From positions 154,779-218,778 of the forward strand of contig JAHFRP010000002.1 in NCBI GenBank assembly GCA_023266195.1: DNA of 64,000 bases, read 5' to 3'. The notes below the pieces were generated by a model that saw nothing but the letters and a program-made list of their open reading frames with translations, was not told the DNA's origin and ran no database searches. The stretch comes from Sulfuricella sp. (GTDB lineage: Bacteria > Pseudomonadota > Gammaproteobacteria > Burkholderiales > Sulfuricellaceae). This document shows positions 21,442 through 30,221 of the stretch, piece after piece (within the stretch, counting starts at the first letter, position 1; each line of letters starts with the position of its first letter). The translations under genes were made by a program, and so were the position numbers.

Positions 21442-23089
21442 CAGCGCCGACCAGCTCAAGAAGGAGCTCGACGCGCTGTGTCTGGCCTTTGCCAGCAAAC
21501 TGGCGGGGAAAATCCGCCTGATCGAGAACAACTGGGCCGGCATCGAACGCGGCGAATGGGACGCGAACGTTTTCGATGAACTGCATCGCCAGGTGCATAG
21601 TCTGGCTGGCGCCGGCGCCACCTTCGGCTTTTCCCGCCTGAGCGACACAGCGCGGACGCTGGAGCGCCTCCTGCTGCTGATGGCTCAGGAATCCGGCAAG
21701 CCGTTGGGCGCGGACCAGCGCGAGCAGATAGCGGCCGGCCTCGGGGCGATGGTTCAGGCCGCATTGGAGCCGGACCAGGAATGTTGCGTCGGCCGCCCGC
21801 ATGCGGCTTCCGTTTTTCAATATCCGGCCGTCGAACAGCGGCTGGTGTTTCTGGCTGATGCCGACATTTCGCTGGCGCGGACGCTTTCCCGAAAAATCAG
21901 TTATTTCGGCTACCCGGTGCAGATTTTTTGCGACCTGGATACTTTCAAGGCGGCGCTTGCTCAGCAGCGGCCAGCTGCGATCATCATGGATGCCGCGTTT
22001 CCCGGCGAGGCACTGGGCGGCGCCAACACCCTGGCCGAAGCGCTGAACCTTGGCGAGACCCCGGTGCCGGTTTTGTTCGTGTCCAGCCGGAGCGACCTGC
22101 CGGCGCGGCTACAGGCGGTGCGTGCCGGTTGTGGCGCCTATTTCACCAAGCCGGTGGATGTGGGCAGGGTGATCGACAAGCTCGATGCGTTGACCACGCG
22201 CCGGCCGCCGGAAGCTTACCGGGTCCTGGTGGTGGACGATTCCGTGTCGCTGAGCGAGTTCCACGCGCGCATCCTGAAAGGGGCGGGAATGGAGACGGAG
22301 ACGATCAACGATCCGATGCAAGCGCTGGATAGAATGACCGAGTTCAGGCCGGATCTGGTGCTGATGGATGTGTACATGCCCGAGTGCAGCGGCCTGGAAC
22401 TGGCGGCGGTCATCCGCCAGCAGGAGGAATTCGTCGGCATCCCGATCGTATTCCTTTCCGTTGAGAACGATCTTGACCGGCAACTGGTCGCCATGAAGCT
22501 GGGTGGCGACGATTTCCTGCATAAGCCGATTCAGCCGGAACACTTGGTTTCATCCGTGGCCAGCAGGGTGGAGCGTTCCCGTGCGCTGCGTTCCCTGATG
22601 GTGCGCGACGGCCTGACCGGCCTGCTGAATCACACCACCATCATGGAACAGCTGGAAATTCAGGTAGGCCGCAGCCAGCGGCTGAACGGCAGCCTTTCCT
22701 TCGCGATGCTCGACATCGACCACTTCAAGACCGTGAACGATGCTTACGGCCATCCGGTCGGCGATCGCGTGCTCAAGAGCCTGTCGCGCCTGTTGCGGCA
22801 GCGTCTGCGCGAGACCGACATCATCGGCCGTTATGGCGGCGAGGAATTCGCGGTGATCCTGAACGATACCGACGGGCTGGCGGCGGTCAAAGTGCTCGAC
22901 CAGATCCGGGACGACTTCAGCCGTCTGCGCTATCTTGCCGAGAGCGGGGAATTCAACGTCACCTTCAGTTGCGGCGTTGCCGCTTTCCCTCATTACGCCG
23001 AAGCCGGCAAGCTCAACGATGCGGCCGACAAGGCGCTGTACGAAGCAAAACGTAGCGGACGCAACCGGCTGGTGCTGGCGCCGGGCTAA
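21434..23089 (+). CDS. Hpt-REC-REC-GGDEF diguanylate cyclase
   Basis: Hpt VHSLAGAGATFG; two receivers; RETD I-site followed by RYGGEEF; start at ATG 21434. Confidence 0.92.
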   Translation: MTSSADQLKKELDALCLAFASKLAGKIRLIENNWAGIERGEWDANVFDELHRQVHSLAGAGATFGFSRLSDTARTLERLLLLMAQESGKPLGADQREQIAAGLGAMVQAALEPDQECCVGRPHAASVFQYPAVEQRLVFLADADISLARTLSRKISYFGYPVQIFCDLDTFKAALAQQRPAAIIMDAAFPGEALGGANTLAEALNLGETPVPVLFVSSRSDLPARLQAVRAGCGAYFTKPVDVGRVIDKLDALTTRRPPEAYRVLVVDDSVSLSEFHARILKGAGMETETINDPMQALDRMTEFRPDLVLMDVYMPECSGLELAAVIRQQEEFVGIPIVFLSVENDLDRQLVAMKLGGDDFLHKPIQPEHLVSSVASRVERSRALRSLMVRDGLTGLLNHTTIMEQLEIQVGRSQRLNGSLSFAMLDIDHFKTVNDAYGHPVGDRVLKSLSRLLRQRLRETDIIGRYGGEEFAVILNDTDGLAAVKVLDQIRDDFSRLRYLAESGEFNVTFSCGVAAFPHYAEAGKLNDAADKALYEAKRSGRNRLVLAPG

Positions 23090-23154
23090 GCTTTTCGGGG
23101 TGTTTTCGGGTATGATTTAGCCTTTGTGATGTTCGCGATCAAGGGTTTTCTTTC

Positions 23155-26100
23155 ATGCTCAAACTGCGCGGCGGCAACGCCCTTTCCTCCTTCCGTCTCG
23201 AAAAATTGATGCAGGGCCTGCGCGAAGCCGCGCCCGCCGTTTCCCACGTCCACGCCGAATACTGGCATTTCGCCGCCGCCCGCCGCGAACTGGAAGCGCA
23301 GGAGCTGGCCGTGCTGGAAAAAATCCTGACCTACGGCCCGGCGTCGATGGTGGAGGAGCCGCAGGGCGAATTGTTCCTGGTGGTGCCGCGCATCGGCACG
23401 ATTTCGCCGTGGTCGTCGAAAGCTTCGGACATCGCCAGCCATTGCGGGCTGGAAGCCGTCGAGCGGCTCGAGCGCGGGGTGGCTTTCTACGTGCAGAAGC
23501 GCGACGGCACGGCGCTTGCGGCGGAGGAAAAAGCGGCGCTGCTGCCGCTGATTCATGACCGCATGACCGAAGCGGTGCTGGCCGATTTCGATTCCGCCGA
23601 CAAGCTGTTCCGCCATTTCGAGCCGGCGCCCTTCGCCAGCGTGGACATCCTCGGCCAGGGCCAAGCGGCGCTGGAGGCGGCCAACCGCGAAATGGGGCTG
23701 GCGCTGTCGCCGGACGAGATCGAATACCTGGTGGCCAACTTCAGCCGCATCGGCCGCAACCCGACCGACGTCGAGCTGATGATGTTCGCGCAAGCCAATT
23801 CCGAACACTGCCGCCACAAGATTTTCAACGCGGACTGGGTTATCGACGGCGTGCCGCAGACGAAATCGCTCTTCGCCATGATCCGCAACACCCACCAGCA
23901 AAGCCCGCGCGGCACGGTGGTGGCCTATTCCGACAACTCCTCGATCATCGAGGGCTTCACGGTCAGGCGCTTCTATCCGCGGGAAGGCCATGCCTACGGC
24001 TACGCCGAGGACAACGCGCAGATTCTGATGAAGGTGGAAACCCACAACCACCCCACCGCGATTTCGCCCTTTCCCGGCGCCGCGACCGGCTCGGGCGGCG
24101 AGATTCGCGACGAAGGCGCGACCGGCCGCGGCTCCCGGCCCAAGGCCGGCCTGACCGGATTTTCGGTGTCGAATTTGAATATTCCGGGGTTTAAGCAGCC
24201 TTGGGAATATTACATCTCGGACGCCCACGCCGACCCTCTCCCCAACCCTCTCCCTGCACCCGCAAGGAGTGTCCCCGCCGAGAGCGGCGGCAAAGCCGCT
24301 CGCTCTGGCGAGACGGGAGAGGGGGCAATGGAGGAAGGCGCTTGTTTTGATCGATTCGGCAAGCCGAATCGCATCGCCTCGGCCCTGCAGATCATGCTCG
24401 ACGGCCCGATCGGCGGCGCGGCGTTCAACAACGAGTTCGGCCGCCCCAACCTGGCCGGCTATTTCCGCACTTACGAGGAGCAGGTGGCGGGCGAGATGCG
24501 CGGCTACCACAAGCCGATCATGCTGGCCGGCGGCGTCGGCAACATCTCCGCCAGCCACGCCCAAAAGCACCAGATCACGCCGGGCGCGCTGATCATCCAG
24601 CTCGGCGGTCCCGCCATGCTGATCGGCCTGGGCGGCGGCGCGGCGTCCAGCATGGATACCGGCGCCAATGCCGAGAACCTGGATTTCGACTCGGTCCAGC
24701 GTGGCAACCCGGAAATGGAGCGCCGCGCCCAGGAGGTGATCGACCGCTGCTGGCAGCTGGGCGACAAGAACCCGATCGTCTCGATCCACGACGTCGGCGC
24801 GGGCGGCCTGTCCAACGCCTTGCCCGAGCTGGTGAACGATTCCGGGCGCGGCGGCCGCTTCCATCTGCGCGCCATCCGCAACGAAGAGCCGGGCATGTCG
24901 CCGATGCAGATCTGGAGCAACGAAGCGCAGGAGCGCTACGTGCTCGCCATCAAGCCGGAGGATTTCGCTCAGTTCGAGGCGATTTGCCGGCGCGAGCGCT
25001 GCCTTTACGCGGTGGTCGGCGAGGCAACGGCCGAGCAGCGGCTGGTGCTGGAAGACAGCTATTTCAACAACCGGCCGATCGACATGGATTTGGCGGTGCT
25101 GCTCGGCAAGCCGCCGAAAATGACGCGCAACGTCGCGCGTGTGGCGCGGGAACTGCCGGCTTTCGATACCGCCGGGCTTGACCTCGACGAGGCGGCTTTC
25201 CGCGTTTTACGCCTGCCGGCGGTGGCGGACAAGACCTTTCTGATTTCCATCGGCGACCGCACCGTCGGCGGCATGACCGCGCGCGACCAGTTCGTCGGCC
25301 CCTGGCAGATTCCGGTGGCGGACGTGGCGGTGAGCCTGGCCGGCTTCGAGGAATATCGCGGCGAAGCCTTCGCCATGGGCGAACGCACGCCGCTGGCGCT
25401 GATCGACCCGGCCGCTTCGGGGCGCATGGCGATCGGCGAGGCGATCACCAATATTGCCGCCGCCTCCATCGCCGAAATCGGCGACATCAAGCTTTCCGCC
25501 AACTGGATGGCGCCCGCCGGCCACCCCGGCGAGGACGCCGCGCTGTACGACACGGTGCGTGCGGTGGGCATGGAATTGTGTCCGGAGCTCGGCATCGGCA
25601 TCCCGGTGGGCAAGGATTCGATGTCGATGAAAACCGTGTGGCAGGAGGACGGCGGCAAGAAGGAAGTCACCGCGCCGCTGTCGCTGATCGTTTCCGCCTT
25701 CGCGCCGTGCATCGACGCGCGCCTGACGCTGACCCCGCAACTGCGCACCGACGCCGGCGAAACCGACCTGACCCTGATCGATCTCGGCCAGGGCAGGAAC
25801 CGCCTCGGCGGCTCGGCGCTGGCGCAGGTCTACAAACAGATCGGCAACCAGGCGCCGGACGTGGCGAACGCGGCGCAGCTCAAGGCGTTTTTCGACACCG
25901 TGCAGCAGATCAACCGCGACGGCAAATTGCTCGCCTACCACGACCGCTCCGACGGCGGCCTGTTCGCCGTGTTGTGCGAAATGATGTTCGCCGGCCACTG
26001 CGGCGTGACGGTCGATCTGGGCGAATCGGGCAATATTTTCGCCGCGCTGTTCAGCGAGGAACTGGGCGCGGTGCTGCAGGTGAAGCGCGGCGACACCGCG

Positions 26101-27165
26101 GCCGTGAAAAGCGCATTCCAGAGCGCCGGCCTGGGCGCCGAACTGCGCGTGATCGGCACGCTGAACGCGGACGACCGCCTCGCCATCCGGCGCGCCGGCA
26201 CGGAAGTGTTCGGCCATTCCCGCATCGAACTGCAACGCGCCTGGTCAGAAACCACCAGCCGGATGCAGGCGCTGCGCGACAACCCGCAATGCGCCGCGCA
26301 GGAATACGACCGCATCCTGGACGGCGGCGATCCCGGACTGCATGCCGCACTCGGCTTCGACCTGAACGACGACGTCGCTGCCCCGTATATCGCCAGCGGC
26401 AAACGCCCGCGCATGGCGATCCTGCGCGAGCAGGGCGTCAACGGCCAGGTGGAAATGGCCGCCGCCTTCGACCGCGCCGGCTTCGACGCGGTGGACGTGC
26501 ACATGAGCGACATCATCGAAGGCCGCGTCGCGCTCAGGGATTTCCGCGGCTTTGCTGCCTGCGGCGGCTTCTCGTTCGGCGACGTGCTGGGCGCGGGCGA
26601 GGGCTGGGCCAAATCCATCCTGTTCAACAGCCGCGCCCGCGACGAGTTCGAGGCGTTCTTCCGGCGCAGCGACACCTTCGCCCTGGGCGTGTGCAACGGC
26701 TGCCAGATGATGAGCAACCTGTACTCCATCATCCCCGGCGCGGAAAACTGGGCGCATTTCGTGCGCAACAAATCGGAGCAGTTCGAAGCGCGCTTCGTCA
26801 TGGTGGAAGTGCCGCAAAGCCCGTCGCTGTTCCTCGACGGCATGGCCGGCAGCCGCATGCCCATCGTCGTGGCGCACGGCGAAGGCTACGCCGAATTCCG
26901 CAGCCCCGAGCAGATGCAGGCCGCCCAGGTGGCGCTGCGTTTCGTCGACAACCGCGGCAACCCGACCGAAACCTATCCGTCCAACTCCAACGGCTCGGCC
27001 CAGGGCATCACCGGCCTGACCACGCCGGACGGCCGCTTCACCATCATGATGCCGCACCCGGAACGCGTGTTCCGCGCGGTGCAGCACTCATGGCATCCGG
27101 AGGGTTGGGGCGAAGACGGGCCGTGGATGCGGATGTTCAGGAATGCGAGGAAGTGGGTGGGGTAG
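23155..27165 (+). CDS. purL: Phosphoribosylformylglycinamidine synthase (large type)
   Basis: 1336 aa; [39 protein letters not shown]. Confidence 0.98.
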   Translation: MLKLRGGNALSSFRLEKLMQGLREAAPAVSHVHAEYWHFAAARRELEAQELAVLEKILTYGPASMVEEPQGELFLVVPRIGTISPWSSKASDIASHCGLEAVERLERGVAFYVQKRDGTALAAEEKAALLPLIHDRMTEAVLADFDSADKLFRHFEPAPFASVDILGQGQAALEAANREMGLALSPDEIEYLVANFSRIGRNPTDVELMMFAQANSEHCRHKIFNADWVIDGVPQTKSLFAMIRNTHQQSPRGTVVAYSDNSSIIEGFTVRRFYPREGHAYGYAEDNAQILMKVETHNHPTAISPFPGAATGSGGEIRDEGATGRGSRPKAGLTGFSVSNLNIPGFKQPWEYYISDAHADPLPNPLPAPARSVPAESGGKAARSGETGEGAMEEGACFDRFGKPNRIASALQIMLDGPIGGAAFNNEFGRPNLAGYFRTYEEQVAGEMRGYHKPIMLAGGVGNISASHAQKHQITPGALIIQLGGPAMLIGLGGGAASSMDTGANAENLDFDSVQRGNPEMERRAQEVIDRCWQLGDKNPIVSIHDVGAGGLSNALPELVNDSGRGGRFHLRAIRNEEPGMSPMQIWSNEAQERYVLAIKPEDFAQFEAICRRERCLYAVVGEATAEQRLVLEDSYFNNRPIDMDLAVLLGKPPKMTRNVARVARELPAFDTAGLDLDEAAFRVLRLPAVADKTFLISIGDRTVGGMTARDQFVGPWQIPVADVAVSLAGFEEYRGEAFAMGERTPLALIDPAASGRMAIGEAITNIAAASIAEIGDIKLSANWMAPAGHPGEDAALYDTVRAVGMELCPELGIGIPVGKDSMSMKTVWQEDGGKKEVTAPLSLIVSAFAPCIDARLTLTPQLRTDAGETDLTLIDLGQGRNRLGGSALAQVYKQIGNQAPDVANAAQLKAFFDTVQQINRDGKLLAYHDRSDGGLFAVLCEMMFAGHCGVTVDLGESGNIFAALFSEELGAVLQVKRGDTAAVKSAFQSAGLGAELRVIGTLNADDRLAIRRAGTEVFGHSRIELQRAWSETTSRMQALRDNPQCAAQEYDRILDGGDPGLHAALGFDLNDDVAAPYIASGKRPRMAILREQGVNGQVEMAAAFDRAGFDAVDVHMSDIIEGRVALRDFRGFAACGGFSFGDVLGAGEGWAKSILFNSRARDEFEAFFRRSDTFALGVCNGCQMMSNLYSIIPGAENWAHFVRNKSEQFEARFVMVEVPQSPSLFLDGMAGSRMPIVVAHGEGYAEFRSPEQMQAAQVALRFVDNRGNPTETYPSNSNGSAQGITGLTTPDGRFTIMMPHPERVFRAVQHSWHPEGWGEDGPWMRMFRNARKWVG
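24234..24325 (+). repeat. CCCTCTCCC/GGGAGAGGG palindromic element in frame within purL
   Basis: ccctctccccaaccctctccc (24234-24254) pairs with gggagaggggg (24315-24325) around an inner hairpin agcggc-ggcaaa-gccgct. Confidence 0.75.
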
Positions 27166-27440
27166 GACAGGGGGCGGCTTTGACAAGAACGCCGATTATG
27201 GATGTCGTTAAAGCAGCCCTGTCGGTTGCGCCGGAAGTTCTCGGGAACATCTGTTACTTTAGCGTAAAACTCGCGAAGCGAGACCTCGTCCCCCTCGCCC
27301 ATCTCGCCGAGGTCGTTGCGTAGCAGCGGGAACCCGGCGGGGATACTCCTCGCGGGTGCTTGCGGGAGAGGGCCGGTCATGGCGAATCCCCGTTTCATGA
27401 TTCGGGGCGGCGATTCGCCATGACCGTTAGCCTTATATGA

Positions 27441-27900
27441 TCATCGCTCCTGGCACGCCTTGCTGACGGCGCCCCGGGATTGTTGAACATCCATGAATGG
27501 ATCGGTGATAGCGGCTTCTCCTGTATCGGGGCGCAGCATAAAATTGGCGCCATGAATATCCAGATCCACCAATGGCGATTTTTCCTCCAGAAAGCTAGCC
27601 AGTAATACAAATGCCTGTCCAAGATCATCTTCAGGCTGGGCATTGATGGTGTTTTTTTGCCTTGTTAGTGAAGATAACGGTCCACCGGAAGGCCGCGTCT
27701 GCCTGGCAATAGAAAGACAGCGTTTCCGGGCATCGGAGCCCGATTTCAGTTTTTCCAGCCGCTCCATTTCAATCGGGAACAATGACAAGTCGTAGTCGCT
27801 CGCGCCTACGGTGCCATGAAGGCCGTGGATCGCCGGGCATTGCCACCGAGATTGTCGTTCCGCCAGCGCCCCCCGGCCGGGGGTCTTCCTTGGTAGGCTA
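27441..27900 (-). pseudogene. Protein-kinase-like remnant
   Basis: GRGAL, IEMERLEKL, LDIHGANFMLR (DxHxxN-type catalytic loop) and ITDP; too little sequence between GRGAL and the hinge to hold the beta3-Lys/alphaC region; 5' boundary approximate. Confidence 0.45.
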
Positions 27901-27912
27901 GTCGAAAAACCA

Positions 27913-27942
27913 TTGACAATTTTATGATTGTCCATCCATACT
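27913..27942 (+). promoter_or_regulatory. Putative sigma70 promoter
   Basis: TTGACA (27913-27918), 18-nt spacer, CATACT (27937-27942); spacer region holds the palindrome GACAAT-N6-ATTGTC. Confidence 0.4.
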
Positions 27943-27943
27943 A

Positions 27944-27963
27944 TATTCAAATGGTCGTTTGAT
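27944..27963. promoter_or_regulatory. Putative operator TATTCAAATGnTCnnTTGAT (site 1)
   Basis: 17/20 identical to 28439-28458; TCAA-N8-TTGA dyad; directly after the putative -10. Confidence 0.5.
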
Positions 27964-28067
27964 CGTTTGTTTTGTGATGCCATCCAGCCATTCTATGCGG
28001 TATTGCATTACCAAGTGGAGACACACGCCCACGCCTCAATCCGGCGCAGGTCTTTTGCAAGGAGGCA

Positions 28068-28421
28068 ATGATGAAAACCCTGTTTATTCTCAACGATCCG
28101 CCCTACGGCACCGAGCGCAGCTACAACGGCTTTCGCCTGGCGCGCGCCCTGTCCAAGCACGAGGGCAACGAAATCAGGATTTTTCTGCTGAGTGACGCCG
28201 CCCTATGTGCCAAGGCCGGGCAGAAAGTGCCCGAGGGCTATTACAACATCGAATTCTTCGCCCAGAGCGTGCTCAAGCGCGGCGGGGAGATCGGCGTATG
28301 CGGCATGTGCATGGATGCGCGCGGGCTGCGGGAAGAGGAATTGATTCCCGGCGCCCGGCATTCCACGCTGGAGCATCTGGCGGAGTGGACCGAATGGGCG
28401 GACAAGGTACTGGTGTTTTGA
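28068..28421 (+). CDS. DsrE/DsrF-like (YchN-type) protein
   Basis: ILNDPPYGTERSYNGFRLA, DAALCA, CGMCMDARG, WADKVLVF; AGGAGG RBS. Confidence 0.9.
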   Translation: MMKTLFILNDPPYGTERSYNGFRLARALSKHEGNEIRIFLLSDAALCAKAGQKVPEGYYNIEFFAQSVLKRGGEIGVCGMCMDARGLREEELIPGARHSTLEHLAEWTEWADKVLVF

Positions 28422-28438
28422 CGGCTTTTTTTGTTCAT

Positions 28439-28458
28439 TATTCAAATGTTCAATTGAT
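28439..28458. promoter_or_regulatory. Putative operator TATTCAAATGnTCnnTTGAT (site 2)
   Basis: In the AT-rich 63-bp gap before the TauE gene; 17/20 identical to site 1. Confidence 0.5.
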
Positions 28459-28484
28459 AGTTGTAATTTTTTAGGTAAACCCAA

Positions 28485-29279
28485 ATGATTCTTCTCGCCA
28501 TGCTCTCCGGTGCCGCGACCGGCATCGTGCTCGGGCTGCTCGGCAGCGGCGGCTCCATTATCGCCGTGCCGGCGCTCCTGTACCTGCTGCACGTGGAGCC
28601 GAAACAGGCCATTGCCATGAGCCTGGGTATCGTCGCCATCACCGCCACTATCGCGGCTTGGGACAACTGGCGGCGGGGCAATGTGGATATCGGAGTGGCT
28701 GCGGTGTTCGGCCTGTTCGGGGCGGCCGGCACCTTCGGTGGAACGCGGCTGGGCGTGCATACGCCGGTCACGTTTCAGCTCGGGTTGTTCGCCCTGGTGA
28801 TGCTAGCCGCTGCCTGGAGGATGCTGAAAACCAAAAAACAGCCCGTTGTGCAGGCGGCGCAACTGGCCGTGGCGGGCGGCCCTGCCGTTTCGTTCGCCGA
28901 AACCGGAAAACTCAAGGGGCGTATGGGCCAGATCGCCCTGCTCGGCATCGGCGTCGGTGCGCTAACCGGACTGGTCGGCGTGGGCGGCGGCTTTCTGATC
29001 GTGCCGGCGCTGGTGCTGCTGTCCGGCATCCCGATGAAAATCGCCGTCGGCACCTCGCTCGCCATCGTCGCGGCCAACGCGTCCACCGGCTTCGCCGGCT
29101 ACCTGGGCGCGGTGCCGGTGGACTGGACGATGATGGCGTCCTTTACCGCAGTGACGGTGGCCGGCAGCTTTGCCGGCACGCGCCTGGCCCACCGCTTCTC
29201 GCAGGAAACATTGAAGCGCAGCTTCGGGGTGTTTCTGATTTTCGTCGCGACCTACATCATGATCAAGAGCGTGGCCTGA
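28485..29279 (+). CDS. TauE/SafE-family sulfite/sulfur-compound exporter
   Basis: 264 aa, about 8 TM; duplicated [10 protein letters not shown] / [10 protein letters not shown] motifs; AVGTSLAI. Confidence 0.9.
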   Translation: MILLAMLSGAATGIVLGLLGSGGSIIAVPALLYLLHVEPKQAIAMSLGIVAITATIAAWDNWRRGNVDIGVAAVFGLFGAAGTFGGTRLGVHTPVTFQLGLFALVMLAAAWRMLKTKKQPVVQAAQLAVAGGPAVSFAETGKLKGRMGQIALLGIGVGALTGLVGVGGGFLIVPALVLLSGIPMKIAVGTSLAIVAANASTGFAGYLGAVPVDWTMMASFTAVTVAGSFAGTRLAHRFSQETLKRSFGVFLIFVATYIMIKSVA

Positions 29280-29306
29280 CAAAAAAGCGGTTTTAAGGAG
29301 ACCGGG

Positions 29307-29705
29307 ATGAAAAAATTGTTTGTTCTGCTGCTTTTTTCCATAAACGCGATAGCCGAACCATCGCCGGGCGACGTCGGAGAATACATCCATGCGATGCATG
29401 GCTTGGTCCAGGCGGAGCGGGTGGTGATCAAAACTGGAAACGGTTCGGACCAGAGCGACGTCGGGCTGCTGATTCCGTCAAAAGAAATATTCTTCACCTC
29501 GACCGAATTAACACAAGGCGGCAGGCTGGCATTGGAAAAAGCCAGCCGTTTTGCCAAGGGGGCAAACAAAAAACTGACCGTTCTTGTGCCCGACGAACGA
29601 GAGAACAAGGACTTTCGACCGCTCGCTTACTCGATGCACGGCGTGCGGGTCAAGCGCAACGCCTTCATCGGCCAAAATGTTTTCATCGTGATCGCCAGTA
29701 ATTAG
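29307..29705 (+). CDS. Hypothetical exported protein
   Basis: 132 aa; signal-peptide-like MKKLFVLLLFSINAIA; GGAG RBS; no family recognised. Confidence 0.6.
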   Translation: MKKLFVLLLFSINAIAEPSPGDVGEYIHAMHGLVQAERVVIKTGNGSDQSDVGLLIPSKEIFFTSTELTQGGRLALEKASRFAKGANKKLTVLVPDERENKDFRPLAYSMHGVRVKRNAFIGQNVFIVIASN

Positions 29706-29808
29706 CGAGGCAATCGGCCCTATGCCGCAAATCGCGCCGAAGAACCACTGTAGAGTGCGCCGTGCGCACCACGCATAATCAATGGGTTGCATGATGTTTC
29801 TTGAGAGG
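29701..29808. repeat. Composite REP-cored miniature element, family B (copy 2, one arm)
   Basis: 29712-29771 = reverse complement of 18334-18393 (58/60); 29780-29808 = reverse complement of 18268-18296 (28/29). Confidence 0.85.
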
Positions 29809-29832
29809 TTGGCACGGGTTCGTCCAGACGCC

Positions 29833-29882
29833 CTTGTTTTTCCTCTGTGAACTCTGTGTTCTCCGTGGCTAAATGCTTTTTC
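29833..29882. repeat. CTCTGTG nonamer-periodic repeat, half copy
   Basis: 48/50 identical to 49082-49131. Confidence 0.85.
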
Positions 29883-29900
29883 CAGAATATAAGGAGCACC

Positions 29901-30221
29901 ATGCCCGAACCGATCAAAGTATTGTCCCAGCATCCGCCCGGCGGGCGATGCATGCTTTACGTGCGTTATGCCGAGGAATTATCATCCAGCCTGGGCCTGG
30001 CAAAGCGCGTTATCCACACCGATTGCCGCGACGCGCACGGCGAGGGGTTCCCCGCCATGTGGGTGAATGGGGTGGCGCTGCAACCATCCGACGGCGTGAT
30101 CCTGTCGCCCGAAGACATCCATGCCGGCCTCGCGACTATCGGGGTGGACCCGAGCGCCGCGCCGGACCTGCTCGCGCGGCTGGAAGCCATTCTGGAACAT
30201 TTTCTCGAGGGGGTTGAATGA
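29901..30221 (+). CDS. Hypothetical 106-aa protein, possible thioredoxin-like fold
   Basis: AAGGAG RBS before ATG 29901; PPGGRC, FPAMWVNG, DGVILSPEDI; stop overlaps next start. Confidence 0.75.
   Translation: MPEPIKVLSQHPPGGRCMLYVRYAEELSSSLGLAKRVIHTDCRDAHGEGFPAMWVNGVALQPSDGVILSPEDIHAGLATIGVDPSAAPDLLARLEAILEHFLEGVE

Noticed and set aside
19318-21648. 776-aa ORF suggesting a long N-terminal extension of nnr
   Set aside because: The extension is antisense to the response regulator and cyclase genes; YjeF homology starts at ATG 20826
23086-24864. Long antisense or alternate-frame ORFs over core genes (also 25578-27323, 29966-31534, 49153-51090, 50415-52028, 53292-54719, 60819-62348)
   Set aside because: Typical shadow ORFs of high-GC coding DNA; the overlapped frame is a clear conserved protein
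26973-27643. ORFs 26973-27398 and 27395-27643 as genes
   Set aside because: The first overlaps purL antisense and neither has recognisable motifs; possibly debris
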